Origin: Ignavibacteriota bacterium
GTDB lineage: Bacteria; Bacteroidota; Ignavibacteria; UBA10030
Assembly: GCA_963790045.1 (NCBI GenBank)
Contig: CAWBMS010000007.1
Location: 225,705 to 289,704, forward strand
DNA: 64,000 nt
Reading direction: 5' to 3'
Shown here: positions 12,435-24,259 of the stretch, one piece after another
Layout of the letters: every line of letters starts with the position of its first letter
How positions within the stretch are numbered: position 1 is the first letter of the stretch
The notes under the pieces: model-generated
Database searches by the model: none
What the model was told of the DNA's origin: nothing
Seen by the model: the letters and a program-made list of their open reading frames with translations, nothing else
Made by a program: the position numbers and the translations under genes

Positions 12435-13550
12435 TTACACATTCAGCCGCATCGGCATAACTAACATCAAAACATCTTCATTTTCTTTTTTAGTCTCTGG
12501 TGTGATGATGGAAGCACGCACCGGACTGCTGAAACTGAAAACGACTTCATCTGTTTCGATGTGAGAAAGAATGTCTATAAGATATCCTGCATTATATCCA
12601 ATTTCCATTTCATCAACATCATAGGTACACGCAATTTTTTCTTTTGCTTCGCCGCCAAAATCTACATCTTCTGCGGCTATTCGTAATTCATCCTTTTTCA
12701 AGGAAAACCGAATCTGATGTGTTGTACTGCTGGAATATAACGAGACACGGCGAACTGAGGCAAGAAGTGTGTTCCGATTTACTTTCAATTTTTTTTCGTT
12801 ATCTAAGGGAATTACGCTTTCGTAGTTCGGGTAATTTTCTTCAATCAAACGCGATGTTAATGTAAAATTCTTGAATGAGAATTTGATGTGTGTTGTGTTC
12901 ACGGAAATTATGTTGGAATCGTTTTCTAAGGATTTGGAAACTAAAATAAGAGCTTTTGATGGAACAATGATATCCTTATGTTCTTTCGCTTGTTTTAATC
13001 CTGTATAGGTTACGCGTACGAGGCGGTGGCCATCTGTTGCAACAGTGCGAAGCTCATCATTTTTAAATTGGAAAAGTACACCAGTCATTGCAGGTCGTAA
13101 TTCATCTGTGCTAACAGAAAAAATTGTTTTATTAATTAACGATCCTAATAGTGTTCCGTCCAAAACAATTTCATTCTCTCCTTTAAATTCTGGGACCGCT
13201 GGATAATCCTGACTGTTTTCACCGACTAAATTATATTCGCCATTATCGGTAATCATTTTGATTTTGTTTGTCAATCCGTCTGCATGAAAAATAAGTTGTG
13301 TATCAGGAAGCGCACGTAATGTATCCATAACGCGTTTTGCAGGAACAGCGACAGATCCGTCTTCTGATCCTTTGACATCAATCGTTGCTGACATCGATAT
13401 TTCTAAATCCGTTGCAACCAACCGTAAGGCATTCTTTGAGAGCATAAATAATATATTCTCAAGAATTGGAAGCGTTGATTTTGAAGGCACAACGCCGCTT
13501 ATTTTTGTTAATGCTTTTTGTAATTCTATACTTTCGACTGTGAATTTCAT
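12435..13550 (-). CDS. dnaN: DNA polymerase III beta sliding clamp
   Basis: About 371 aa with the three-domain clamp pattern: MKFTVESIELQKAL...ILENILF at the start and MPMRLNV at the end. Confidence 0.95.
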   Translation of the reverse strand: MKFTVESIELQKALTKISGVVPSKSTLPILENILFMLSKNALRLVATDLEISMSATIDVKGSEDGSVAVPAKRVMDTLRALPDTQLIFHADGLTNKIKMITDNGEYNLVGENSQDYPAVPEFKGENEIVLDGTLLGSLINKTIFSVSTDELRPAMTGVLFQFKNDELRTVATDGHRLVRVTYTGLKQAKEHKDIIVPSKALILVSKSLENDSNIISVNTTHIKFSFKNFTLTSRLIEENYPNYESVIPLDNEKKLKVNRNTLLASVRRVSLYSSSTTHQIRFSLKKDELRIAAEDVDFGGEAKEKIACTYDVDEMEIGYNAGYLIDILSHIETDEVVFSFSSPVRASIITPETKKENEDVLMLVMPMRLNV

Positions 13551-13559
13551 TTCATTCAC

Positions 13560-13873
13560 TCCTACACTGTTTGGTTAGTTATTAAAATCTACCTAAAAAA
13601 AGAAAGAGATACAACCTGTAATATAATTTATATCTATATATAAGATACTTATAATAAGAATGCTGTTGATACTGTTGATAACTTTCTTATGTAAGAAAAA
13701 AGACCTATAAAAGAGATACAAACAGAATAAATCAGTTGTTTTAAGAATGAGAATAAAGAATAAAGTTATAAACACACAAACTAAAAATAAAACAAATATA
13801 TTTTAAAGAAAAACTGATGAACATCCCATAAACACTTATTCACAAGCATTATACACAAATGTGGATAGTAAAA
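13560..13873. promoter_or_regulatory. dnaA-dnaN spacer: AT-rich tract with DnaA-box-like 9-mers (candidate oriC part)
   Basis: Abutting boxes TGTTGATAC (13664-13672) and TGTTGATAA (13673-13681, the reverse complement of TTATCAACA). Also TTATTCACA (13836-13844) and TGTGGATAG (13860-13868). The stretch 13740-13810 is very AT-rich. Confidence 0.5.
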
Positions 13874-15309
13874 TTAAGAATTCAAATCAATCTTCTTGCG
13901 AATTCTTTCTATATGCTGTTTACATGTTTGATCAGATTTTGAATATTCTTCGATAACTTGGCATGCATGAATCACCTGTACTATGATCTCTTCCTCCAAA
14001 ATGTAAGCCGATAGTTTTTAGCGAAGAAGTTGTCAATTCTTTAGAAAGATACATTGCGATTTGGCGCGCCAGTACAACTTCTTGTTTTCGTGTTTTTGCC
14101 CGAAGCAGGTCAACAGGAATATCAAAATACTCGCATACAAGAGTTTGTATTTGTTCGATAGATAAAGGGGAACGAACTTCGTTCACAACAACACGCAAAA
14201 CATCTTTTGCAAGATCGATATTAATATCGCGATTTTCCAGAGATGCACGTGCGAGAATACTGATTAAGCATCCCTCTAATTCCCGAATATTGCGCGTTAC
14301 ATTTGACGCGATGAATTCTAAAACCTGTGAAGGAAGTTCAAACGCATTCTCTTCGCTTTTCTTTTGAAGAATAGCAATTCTTGTTTCAAGATCGGGAGGC
14401 TGAATGTCCGCAGTAAGCCCGCACTGAAAACGAGAAATCAACCGTTCATCTAACCCTTTGAGTTCTTTCGGAGGAACATCGGATGAAAGGATGATCTGTT
14501 TCCCTGTTTGGTACAATGTATTGAAAACATGGAAAAAGTTGTCTTGTGTTTTTTCTTTTCCCGTAAAGAATTGAATGTCATCCACGATCAACAAATCCAT
14601 ACTACGGTAATGCGTAGAAAATTCATTCACTTTATCAGTTTGAACAGAGTCTATAAAATCAACTGTAAATTTTTCGCTTGAAATATACGCAATGCGTTTT
14701 GCCTTGCCGATTGAAGACGCATGGTTTCCTAACGCATGCATCAAATGCGTTTTTCCTAATCCGGTTCCGCCATAAATAACCAAAGGATTAAACGATGTTC
14801 CGCCCGGATTATTTGCAACCGCCATCGCTGCTGCACGTGCAAGTTGATTGCAATCGCCTTTGATAAAATTATCGAACGTGTACCGTGGATTCAAATTAGA
14901 AGAAATGGATTGCAAGTTTTCATTTCGTAATGCGACGTGAGGATGGAAAGGAGTATGTGCGATATCGGCGGGAATATGTGGTTCAATCATCTCACCAGGT
15001 ACAATCGTTTCATCATGTCCTGCCCTCGGTACCAACAAGATAGAACAGTTGTGCAGATTCTCCGAGAACACTCACGATAGCTTTTCGAACAAGGGTATTG
15101 TAATGCTCATCCAGCCAATCATAAAAAAATTGGCTTGGCACCTGAATCGTTAATTCTGTTTCTAAAAGTTTTATTGGAACAACGGGTTGAAACCATGTTT
15201 TAAAACTTAGCGTAGAAACATCTGCCTTGATAATATTAAGGCATCGCGTCCATACCTCATGTGCCGTTAACGCGTTAGAATGGAACGATGCTTCAACCGG
15301 ATATGCCAT
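13874..15309 (-). CDS. dnaA: chromosomal replication initiator DnaA, two frame disruptions as sequenced
   Basis: The N-terminal ORF 15013..15309 ends SAQLFYLVGTE (compare E. coli APQLRFEVGTKP). It rejoins the AAA+ body (GGTGLGKTHLMHA, LLIVDDIQF) if one C of the CCC at 15023-15025 is removed. The C-terminus is restored to GGRDHST|VIHACQVIEEYSKSD...KKIDLNS (stop at 13874) by removing one C of the CC at 13975-13976. Confidence 0.95.
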
Positions 15310-15685
15310 AAGATTTAATTATAAAGTAAAACGTGTAACAAACGCACAACTTATTCACGGATTTATCAACAATATAAAACCGTAGAAAAAGTACAAAAAA
15401 AAGCGAAAATTTAAATAAAACACAAAAAAGCTGATATAAGCAAAAGACAGAAAGATGTTTTTCACAAGTTATCAACACAGTGTAACTCCGATAGAAACGA
15501 AGCATATTATAGCATCATGGAACAATGCATGCAAGAGAAATTTTTACAAAAAGCAAAATAAATTTATTCGTAGTTGTAATAGGGATATAACGAAAAATCA
15601 AAAACAATCTTATTAAGATTCTTGTTTGAACAAGGCAATTTTTGTAACTTGTATGTGAACATGTTCAACAAAATAAAATATACCG
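15310..15685. promoter_or_regulatory. dnaA-rpmH divergent spacer with DnaA boxes (candidate oriC / dnaA promoter)
   Basis: TTATCAACA occurs at 15363-15371 and 15469-15477. TTATTCACG is at 15351-15359 and TTTTTCACA at 15458-15466. AT-rich runs are present. Gene orientation switches from all-minus to all-plus exactly here. Confidence 0.55.
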
Positions 15686-15832
15686 ATGAAACGTACATAC
15701 CAACCACACAAACGCAAACGAATAAGTGCCCACGGATTTCGTGAACGCATGTCAACAAAAAATGGACGCAAGGTTTTAAGCCGACGCCGCGCTGCCGGAC
15801 GAAAACGGCTTACTGTCAGCGACGAAAAATAG
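15686..15832 (+). CDS. rpmH: 50S ribosomal protein L34
   Basis: Hand-translated 48-aa [51 protein letters not shown]. It is below the size cutoff of the ORF track. Canonical rpmH-rnpA order. Confidence 0.95.
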   Translation: MKRTYQPHKRKRISAHGFRERMSTKNGRKVLSRRRAAGRKRLTVSDEK

Positions 15833-15859
15833 TTGCATAGCAGAAAGGGAGTTTCATGT

Positions 15860-16249
15860 ATGTCGAAGCCCGAGGTACCCGTTCAAAGTCTTCGCGGCTT
15901 CGGCGCGTTTAGAGCTATCATTTCAAACGGTAAAGTTGTTATCGAAAAACCATTACGGTTGTTTTATTTGACTGAAGGTGGACAACCGAACGTTATTTCT
16001 GTTGGATTTGCTGTCACAAGAAATCTAAGAAGAGCTGTTGACCGCAATCATATTAAACGCCTTATGCGTGAGGCCTTTCGGCTCCAACATGCTGTGTTCA
16101 ACAACAAAAGACAATTGGATGGTGGATTAAAGCTTGTGATTATGTATGCAGGCAATAAAACACGAAAGCCACAAATGGTGCAACTCAAAGAAATTTTTGC
16201 TCCGATGAACACTCTGTTAGGCAACATCTCTAACGGATTGACAACCTAA
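15860..16249 (+). CDS. rnpA: ribonuclease P protein component
   Basis: Basic, about 129 aa, in the canonical position. RNR-like motif VTRNLRRAVDRNHIKRLMREAFR. The start is ATG 15860 or TTG 15833. Confidence 0.85.
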   Translation: MSKPEVPVQSLRGFGAFRAIISNGKVVIEKPLRLFYLTEGGQPNVISVGFAVTRNLRRAVDRNHIKRLMREAFRLQHAVFNNKRQLDGGLKLVIMYAGNKTRKPQMVQLKEIFAPMNTLLGNISNGLTT

Positions 16250-16465
16250 ATGTCTCGCACAATTATTGTTATGGTTCAATTTTACCAACGATTTATTTCT
16301 GCGCTCTTGCCGTTTAATCAGTGCAGATTTTATCCATCCTGTTCACAATATTCCATTGAAGCGATTGAAAAACACGGAACCGTCAAGGGAGTAAGATTGT
16401 CACTCAAACGAATTTCACATTGTCATCCGTATAGTAAATACGGAGGATATGACCCGGTTCCGTAA
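16250..16465 (+). CDS. yidD: membrane protein insertion efficiency factor YidD
   Basis: 71 aa with the motifs [10 protein letters not shown] and [12 protein letters not shown]. Confidence 0.9.
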   Translation: MSRTIIVMVQFYQRFISALLPFNQCRFYPSCSQYSIEAIEKHGTVKGVRLSLKRISHCHPYSKYGGYDPVP

Positions 16466-16488
16466 CCCACAAACCAAGGACTGAATTT

Positions 16489-18274
16489 ATGGATCGTCAA
16501 TCAACAATAGGTTTTGTACTCATTTTTGTTGTGCTCGTTGCATGGATGTGGCTGAACTCGCCGAAACCGCAGCAGCAAGCGCCACACGATAAAATTGTGA
16601 AGCATGAAAAAAGATTCGGTGAAAGCAGAAAACGCCTTATCCGCCGAAACGATACCCACAGATACAATTGTCAAACCCAACGCCTATGGGAAATATTTTT
16701 CGGCGCGTGCAACGGGCATCGAAAAAATTATTACCATTGAAACAGAACTCTACCGCGCTGAACTTTCCAGCAAGGGCGGCATTGTTAAAACGTGGGAGTT
16801 AAAAAATTATCAGACGTGGGATGGAAAGCCGGTCCAACTTGTTGACTATGATCACCAAGGCGACCTATCTATTTTATTAACAACAGCCGATGGTCGTGTG
16901 ATTAACACGCATGATTTGTATTTTGATGTTACCGCGCCGGAAACGACAATAAAGAGAACCGGAAACTTTGAATTTGAAATAACATTTTCTTTGCCTGCTT
17001 CTAACGGCGGAAAACTTATCAAGCGGTTGAAGTTTCATAATGGCGAATATGGATTTGACACGAAGATTCAACTTGAGAATTTGTCATCCGTTGTAGCCAA
17101 CTATCAATATGAAGTTGTTTGGGAACATGGTATCCGTTATGCAGAGCGTAACAGTGTTGAAGAATCAAGTTTTGCAGAAGGGTATGCCTACGCAGGCGGT
17201 GAACTTACACAAATCGACGCAACAAAGATTGATCAAAAAGAGCAGAAGGAAGTTTCTGGCGCCGTGAATTGGGTTGCGACGCGCGATAAATATTTTGGTG
17301 TTGCTCTTATTCCGGTTGATGTTATTAGTGAAGGCGCTTATCTTGAAGGCAGCCGTAAGGCAACACCAAACAACGGTTCACAGGAATCTTATGCGGTCTC
17401 GTTAAAGATGCCATTTAAGGGTGGTGCAAGCGAAGGGGCGACAATTAAAGTTTTCCTTGGTCCATTACAGCACAGTCTTCTCAAATCATACAATATTGGA
17501 TTAGAAAGCGTCATGAGTCTTGGCTGGGCATGGTTGGTGCGTCCAATTTCAGAATATATTATGCTGCCGATCTTTTTGGCGATTCATTATGTCGTTTCAA
17601 ATTGGGGTTTAGTCATTATCCTCTTTTCGATTCTTATAAAACTTGCGCTGCACCCGCTTTCAAAAAAACAAATGGAATCGATGAAGAAAATGCAAAAGCT
17701 TCAACCGATGATGGATGAGATGCGAGAAAAATACAAAGATGATCCGCAGCGAATGAATCAGGCAGTGATGAATCTTTACAAAGAGTATGGCGTCAATCCT
17801 GCCGGTGGATGTTTACCGTTGTTGTTGCAGCTTCCGATTATGTACGCGCTGTATGCAGTGTTTCGCGGCGCCATTGAATTACGCCATGCAAGCTTCTTCT
17901 GGTGGATTACTGATCTATCCAGTCCCGATGTGATCTATACATTACCGTTTAGTGTTCCGATCTTGGGAAGAGAACTGAGCGGCATCGCCCTACTGATGGG
18001 AATCTCGATGTTCATTCAGCAAAAGCAAACCGTGCAGGACCCGCGGCAGAAAAGCATGGTCTGGATGATGCCGATTATGATGACGTTAATCTTTAATAGT
18101 TTACCATCCGGATTAAATTTGTACTATGCAGTCTTCAACGTGATTGGAATTGTTCAGCAAATTTTTATCAATAAAAAACATGACGATGAACCACTGCGTA
18201 AAGTAGAGCCGAAAAAGAAAAACCGTGGTGGAATTTTTAAACTTGCTAAAGATATGCCGCGTTTGAAAAAATAA
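16489..18274 (+). CDS. yidC: membrane protein insertase YidC, frame-disrupted as sequenced
   Basis: The N-terminal TM piece MDRQSTIGFVLIFVVLVAWMW (track ORF 16489..16740) and the body (16604..18274) are one frame apart. They join within the A6 run at 16607-16612. Confidence 0.92.
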
Positions 18275-18299
18275 GCGAGAAAAACAATATATTATTTTG

Positions 18300-18335
18300 G
18301 AACGCCTTGCACCATGCAGGGCGTTCTTGTTTATA
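18300..18335 (+). terminator. hairpin plus T-rich tail after yidC
   Basis: GAACGCCTTGCA cca TGCAGGGCGTTC followed by TTGTTTAT. Confidence 0.6.
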
Positions 18336-18378
18336 GATGGTTGTTAAACGAGAGAGTGTTTCGTACATTTCAAAAATC

Positions 18379-19752
18379 ATGTTGCAACGATTAACAGACA
18401 CCATTGCCGCTATTTCCACTCCGATAGGAGAGGGTGGGATTTCTGTCCTTCGCGTTAGTGGTACGCATGCATTTGAGATTGTATCAAAATTGTTTTCAGG
18501 GAAAAAAAATCTTTCAGATGTAGCAACACATACTGCACACGTTGGAAATTTTTCTGACGAATCAAAAAAAAATATCGACGAAGTGGTTTGTACTGTTTTC
18601 AAATTGCCACATAGCTACACAGGTGAAGACACGGTCGAGATAAGTTGTCACGGTGGTATTTTAATAACACGCAGAATTTTGGAATCCCTTATTCACACTG
18701 GTGCGCGGCAAGCTGATCCGGGAGAATTTACTCGCAGAGCTTTTCTGAATGGAAAGATGGATCTCTCACAGGCAGAAGCTGTTGCGGATTTAATTCATGC
18801 ACAATCCGACAAAGCAAGACAATCATCGCTTGAGCAACTTGAAGGAGTGTTGTCTGCGAAAATCAAAAAGCTCCGCGAGGATTTAATCCAAACGGTTGGA
18901 TTGCTTGAATTGGAGTTAGATTTTGTTGAAGAGGATTTAGAGTTTGTTGATAAGAAAAATGTTGGAACTCAAATCAAGCAAGCAGCGCAAGAAATTCAAA
19001 ACCTCATCAATACATATCAAATTGGAAAAGTATATCGTGAAGGCATAAAGGTCGCAATTGTTGGTGCGCCGAATGTTGGAAAATCGAGTTTGCTAAACGC
19101 ACTGCTCAACGAAAATCGTGCTATTGTTACCGATATTCCCGGTACAACCCGTGATTTTATCGAGGAAAAAATTATTATTGAGGGAATACTTTTTCAATTA
19201 ATCGATACGGCAGGGTTACGCGAAACAAGTAATCCGATTGAACAAGAAGGTGTGAAGCGAACCCAAAAAATAATAGAAACTGCAGATGTGGTTTTATGGG
19301 TAAAAGACGTTTTGAGCCAGCAGGAAAACGAGTATAAAAATTTTGATGGAATAAAGAAGCTTGTTACAGTTTTCAACAAAATTGATCTGTTAGATGATTC
19401 ACAAAGGCAAACGATAAGCAAAGAATTAAATAAAAACGCTGTTTATACTTCTGCCCACACAGGGCGCGGTTTGGAAAATTTAAAACAGACCTTGTATAAA
19501 ATAACGATAAGCGATTTACAAAACGTAGAAAATAATTCCGTGACAGTAACAAATGCAAGACATTTCTCTTCGCTTGGGAGTGCAAAAGAAGCGCTGGAAC
19601 GGGCGGCAAAAACCGTACAACAAAAAGAGAGCAACGAATTTATTGCCCTCGAACTTCGCTCTGCGCTTGATTCGCTTGGAGAAATTATCGGCGCCGTAAC
19701 GACAGAAGAAATTCTTGATACTATATTTTCAAAATTTTGTATTGGAAAATAA
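18379..19752 (+). CDS. mnmE: tRNA modification GTPase MnmE
   Basis: [23 protein letters not shown]-domain motif [14 protein letters not shown] and the C-terminal FCIGK. Start at ATG 18379. Confidence 0.95.
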   Translation: MLQRLTDTIAAISTPIGEGGISVLRVSGTHAFEIVSKLFSGKKNLSDVATHTAHVGNFSDESKKNIDEVVCTVFKLPHSYTGEDTVEISCHGGILITRRILESLIHTGARQADPGEFTRRAFLNGKMDLSQAEAVADLIHAQSDKARQSSLEQLEGVLSAKIKKLREDLIQTVGLLELELDFVEEDLEFVDKKNVGTQIKQAAQEIQNLINTYQIGKVYREGIKVAIVGAPNVGKSSLLNALLNENRAIVTDIPGTTRDFIEEKIIIEGILFQLIDTAGLRETSNPIEQEGVKRTQKIIETADVVLWVKDVLSQQENEYKNFDGIKKLVTVFNKIDLLDDSQRQTISKELNKNAVYTSAHTGRGLENLKQTLYKITISDLQNVENNSVTVTNARHFSSLGSAKEALERAAKTVQQKESNEFIALELRSALDSLGEIIGAVTTEEILDTIFSKFCIGK

Positions 19753-19772
19753 AACGTGTTTCACGTGAAACC

Positions 19773-21686
19773 ATGAATCAAACTCAATTAAATTGTGATA
19801 TTGTTATTGCGGGTGGTGGGCATGCTGGTGTAGAGGCAGCGTTAGCCTGTGCTCGGTCTGGCCTAAACGTTTTAATGGTTACTATGGATAATGCGGCTTT
19901 TGGACGAATGTCTTGTAATCCCGCAATCGGAGGAACGGCTAAAGGCCACCTTGTTCGTGAAATAGACGCGCTTGGCGGCGAAATGGGTAAAATTGCGGAC
20001 GCAACCGGAATCCATTTCCGCATGTTGAACCAATCCAAAGGTCCGGCCGTGTGGTCGCCCCGAAGTCAAAATGATAGAGAATTGTATTCACAGGAAGCCG
20101 GAAGACGAATTCTTGCTCAGTCCAATATTACGGTCATTCAAAATACCGTGGTTGATATCATTGTAGATAAAAAAAATAATAAAGGGTTTGTGTTAAAAGG
20201 CGTTTTACTTTCCACGGGAGAAAGCATTTCTTGTAAAGCGTTTGTCCTTTGTGCAGGCACATTTTTACGTGGTCTAATGCACACAGGGGAGCAAAGCAAA
20301 ATCGGTGGAAGATACGGTGAAAAATCTGCCGAGGGATTAACGCAAAACCTTGAAAGGTTTGGATTTGTCAGCGGCAGGCTTAAAACTGGAACACCACCAA
20401 GAATTGATTTCAACAGTATTGATTTGACCAACGTTGAACCGCAACCTAGCGATCCCGATCCACAGCCGTTCTCTTTTCAAAATATGCAAATTAACAACAA
20501 GTTGATTCCGATGTATCTTACACACACCAATAAAGAGACGCATGCGATTCTACGAAAAGGATTTGATCGTTCGCCGTTGTTCACTGGAAGAATTAAAGGC
20601 ATTGGACCGCGCTACTGTCCATCTGTCGAAGACAAGGTTAATCGATTTCCGGATAAAGAACGCCATCAAATTTTTCTGGAACCCGAAGGATACAACACCA
20701 ATGTTGTTTATGTCAACGGATTTTCTACCAGTTTACCGGAAGATATACAGCTTGAAGGAATGAAATCTATTGTTGGGCTTGAAAAAGTAAAAATGCTAAG
20801 GCCGGGCTATGCTGTTGAATACGATTTTTTTCCGCCGCATCAATTAAAATTGTCGTTAGAAACAAAATTTGTCGGCGGATTATTCTTTGCCGGACAAATC
20901 AATGGGACCTCAGGTTATGAAGAAGCTGCATCTCAAGGTTTGATTGCTGGAATAAATTCGGCCCAGTACATAAAAGGAAACGATCCAATTATCCTTAAAA
21001 GATCGGAAGCATATATTGGAGTATTGATTGATGATTTGGTGAACAAAGATACCGCCGAACCTTATCGAATGTTCACGTCGCGTGCAGAATATAGACTCTT
21101 ACTGCGTCAAGATAATGCTGATAGAAGATTGATGAAAATAGGATTTGAGCTTGGACTTATCCAAACCGAAATTTATAAAAGATTAATGGAAAAAGAAAAA
21201 TGGATTGAAGAAGGAACCCGTTACCTTGAAAATTTTTCTATCAAGCCACAAAATATTAATTCATATTTTGAGAGCAAAGCAATCGAAACAATTTCTGAGC
21301 CGGAAAAATTATCGAAGTTACTAAAGCGAACATCGGTTCAAATTAAGGATTTGTTTAATTTAGATGTGGTTCGATCAAACGGTTTTGTCTCTGCACTTAA
21401 ACAGCAAGTAGATGTAAAGCTTTATCGCGAAATTCTTGAGCAGATAGAAATTGGGACCAAGTATGAAGGATATATCAATCGCCAGTACGCCGAAATCGAA
21501 AAGCACAATCGATTTGAATCGCAAAAAATTCCATCAGATTTCAATTATGATAGCATCAAATCTCTTTCAACGGAAGGAAAAGAAAAATTGAAAAAGGTGA
21601 CGCCTTCTTCAATCGGTCAGGCATCGCGTATAAGCGGTGTAACGCCGGCAGATGTTTCGGTGTTGTTGGTGTATCTCAAAGGATAG
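19773..21686 (+). CDS. mnmG: tRNA uridine 5-carboxymethylaminomethyl modification enzyme MnmG
   Basis: [37 protein letters not shown]. Start at ATG 19773. Confidence 0.95.
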   Translation: MNQTQLNCDIVIAGGGHAGVEAALACARSGLNVLMVTMDNAAFGRMSCNPAIGGTAKGHLVREIDALGGEMGKIADATGIHFRMLNQSKGPAVWSPRSQNDRELYSQEAGRRILAQSNITVIQNTVVDIIVDKKNNKGFVLKGVLLSTGESISCKAFVLCAGTFLRGLMHTGEQSKIGGRYGEKSAEGLTQNLERFGFVSGRLKTGTPPRIDFNSIDLTNVEPQPSDPDPQPFSFQNMQINNKLIPMYLTHTNKETHAILRKGFDRSPLFTGRIKGIGPRYCPSVEDKVNRFPDKERHQIFLEPEGYNTNVVYVNGFSTSLPEDIQLEGMKSIVGLEKVKMLRPGYAVEYDFFPPHQLKLSLETKFVGGLFFAGQINGTSGYEEAASQGLIAGINSAQYIKGNDPIILKRSEAYIGVLIDDLVNKDTAEPYRMFTSRAEYRLLLRQDNADRRLMKIGFELGLIQTEIYKRLMEKEKWIEEGTRYLENFSIKPQNINSYFESKAIETISEPEKLSKLLKRTSVQIKDLFNLDVVRSNGFVSALKQQVDVKLYREILEQIEIGTKYEGYINRQYAEIEKHNRFESQKIPSDFNYDSIKSLSTEGKEKLKKVTPSSIGQASRISGVTPADVSVLLVYLKG

Positions 21687-21695
21687 TAGTTTCAC

Positions 21696-22430
21696 GTGGA
21701 ACAAACCAATAAAATCGGAAACAGAGATGCATTAGAAATTTGGTTCAAAAGTGTCTGTGCTCAAAACGGGTTAGCGATCGACGATGAAAAGCTTAAACTT
21801 CTTTCCCGTTATGGTGAGTTGTTGTTGGAGTGGAATAAAAAAATCAATTTAATCTCCAGAAAAGATGAAGCAAATATTTGGACTGCGCATCTGTTACACT
21901 CCACTTCACCACTTTTTTTTCTCAAACTGCCGTCAGATGCAAATGTTCTTGATCTTGGTACGGGCGGTGGATTACCGGGAATTCCTATTAAAATTTTAAA
22001 TCCTAACTTTCATCTCATTCTTCTCGATTCAACGAAGAAAAAAATTGATGCAGTAACGGATATCGTTCGGAGACTTGGCCTCACAAACGTAAAAACTAAG
22101 TGGGGAAGAGCTGAAGAGATTGCTCGTGATGCAAAATATAAACACAAAATCAATATCATAATTGCACGTGCGGTAGCGCCGCTAAATGATTTAGTTAAAT
22201 GGTCGTTGCCGTTTCTGGATGGAAGGACAGAGCAAGCAACAGGTAATGTTACGGCTCCGGCTTTGATAACTCTTAAGGGTGGAGATTTAAAAAACGAAGT
22301 TCGTGAAATTCAAAATCACAAACGAATCAAAAATATTCGTATCATTGATATCGTATTAAAAAATTTAATTTTGCCGGAACTCGAAGATAAAAAAATAATT
22401 GTTGTTGAATTTACGAAAGCAGATTTGTGA
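21696..22430 (+). CDS. rsmG: 16S rRNA (guanine527-N7)-methyltransferase RsmG
   Basis: [19 protein letters not shown]-binding motif and the usual mnmG-rsmG order. GTG start. Confidence 0.85.
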   Translation: MEQTNKIGNRDALEIWFKSVCAQNGLAIDDEKLKLLSRYGELLLEWNKKINLISRKDEANIWTAHLLHSTSPLFFLKLPSDANVLDLGTGGGLPGIPIKILNPNFHLILLDSTKKKIDAVTDIVRRLGLTNVKTKWGRAEEIARDAKYKHKINIIIARAVAPLNDLVKWSLPFLDGRTEQATGNVTAPALITLKGGDLKNEVREIQNHKRIKNIRIIDIVLKNLILPELEDKKIIVVEFTKADL

Positions 22431-23390
22431 TGCAACGTCAAGATTTGTTTCAACAGCTAAACGGACTTTCTACGGAACAAAGAAATCCGGCGAGCATGGA
22501 TATCGATGCACGGTCTGTTCAAGAAATTCTTTCGATCATCAATTCGGAGGATAAAAAAGTTGCACTTGCCGTGCAAGAACAAATTCCATACATCGTACGC
22601 GCTGTGGACGCTGTTGTTCATGCGCTTCAACAGGGCGGAAGACTGATTTATGTTGGAGCAGGAACAAGCGGCCGCCTTGGTGTTCTTGATGCAGCAGAAT
22701 GTCCACCGACATTTGGTACAAAACCAGAAATGATACAAGGATTAATTGCCGGCGGTGAGCAGGCGATGTTTCGTGCGCAAGAGGGGGCAGAGGATAAAGA
22801 AAAAAATGGCGCACATGACATCGACAAAAAAGAAGTGGATGGCAGCGATGTTGTTTGTGGAATTGCAGCAAGCGTACGCACGCCGTATGTTGTCGGAGCA
22901 GTGAAGCAAGCAAGGCAGCGAGGCGCAAAAATTATTTACATCACGACGAATCCCCGAACAATATTTGACAAACCGGATTTTGTTGATCTTCAAAAAATAA
23001 TTGATGTCGCTATTTGTCCAGAAGTTGGTCCCGAAGTAATTATGGGATCGACAAGAATGAAGTCCGGCACAGCACAAAAACTTGTTCTCAATATGATTAC
23101 CACGACGGCAATGATCCGGCTTGGAAAAGTGTACCGAGAATATGATGATCGATTTGCAGATGACGAATCAAAAGTTGTATGAGCGCGCAAAACGAATTGT
23201 GATGACAATCGCCCATGTATCATACGAAGAAGCAGAAAAGGTTTTAACAGCAGCGAACTATCATGTAAAAACCGCGCTGGTCATGATTCAAGCAAACGTT
23301 AGTTTAGAAGAAGCAACATCCCGGCTTTCTTGTGCGAATGGATTTGTACGTGCAGCGATTGTAAATAAATTTGATGGGAATAAAAAATGA
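22427..23390 (+). CDS. murQ: N-acetylmuramic acid 6-phosphate etherase, frame-disrupted as sequenced
   Basis: SIS domain ([20 protein letters not shown]). Track ORFs 22427..23182 and 23121..23390 join as RLGKVY|[14 protein letters not shown] after removing one C of the CC at 23134-23135. Confidence 0.85.
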
Positions 23391-24100
23391 AATTGATGAA
23401 TCCACTTTTAGAGATAGAAGACTATCCCCCGTTCGATGGTTTTCCGGCAGAAGGAATAAAATATTTTAAACAACTCAAACGAAACAATAATCGAGAATGG
23501 TTTGAAAAACATAAATCTGAGTACGAAACATTTGTCAAACCACCGATGCAATCGCTCATCGTTTCATTGCGTCCACACTTTGCACGATTTGCACCGGAGT
23601 TCGATTTGAACCCCAAGCGATCGATTTTTCGCATCTATCGTGACATTCGCTTCAGCGCAGACAAGACACCGTATAAAACTCATATCGCTGCACATTTTGT
23701 TCTTCGCGGCAGACCCAAAGGATTTGTCGGTTCCGGATATTATTTAGAAATTGCGCCGGGGGAAAGTTATGTCGGCGGCGGAATTTATATTCCTGATAGC
23801 GATCAATTAAAAAAAATCCGAAAGGCAATTGCATTGCATAGCGAAGAATTTTTATCGATTGTAGAAAACAAACGATTTAAAAAAATATTTGCGCCGTTTG
23901 GCTGGAGCACACTGAAAAGAATTCCCAAAGGATTTTCTGAAGATCATCCGATGGCGGAATGGTTGAAGTGTAAGCAATTTTTTGTCGGTCAAGCATGGAC
24001 AGAAAAGCGCGCAATGAGTCCGGAGTTTATCGATGATATTGCCGGCGTGTGCGAGAAAATTACGCCACTGGTGCAGTTTCTAAATGAGGCACTACAATAA
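23387..24100 (+). CDS. DUF2461 (TIGR02453) family protein
   Basis: FKQLKRNNNREWFEKHKSEYE and IYRDIRFSADKTPYKTH are characteristic of the family. Confidence 0.8.
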   Translation: MKLMNPLLEIEDYPPFDGFPAEGIKYFKQLKRNNNREWFEKHKSEYETFVKPPMQSLIVSLRPHFARFAPEFDLNPKRSIFRIYRDIRFSADKTPYKTHIAAHFVLRGRPKGFVGSGYYLEIAPGESYVGGGIYIPDSDQLKKIRKAIALHSEEFLSIVENKRFKKIFAPFGWSTLKRIPKGFSEDHPMAEWLKCKQFFVGQAWTEKRAMSPEFIDDIAGVCEKITPLVQFLNEALQ

Positions 24101-24259
24101 TTTTGAATTTGAAATTTATTTAGGGTCACAACGACAAAGAAGAACCAAAAAGCGTTTCTTGCTTCTCCCGCAATTCATCGGTATCTTTTAGTGTAGAAAT
24201 AGATTTCCTGAGTATTCGACGGGTGGCACAAAGCCCTCGTTTTGTTTTTGTGGGATCGT

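Noticed and set aside
13593-13775. A 60-aa ORF inside the dnaA-dnaN spacer.
   Set aside because: It is an AT-rich, Phe/Ile/Leu/Tyr-only translation within the origin-like region and carries no coding signal.
24224-24239. TGGCAC upstream of lon as a sigma-54 promoter.
   Set aside because: The -12 position reads CCTC rather than TTGC. Only the -24 half matches.
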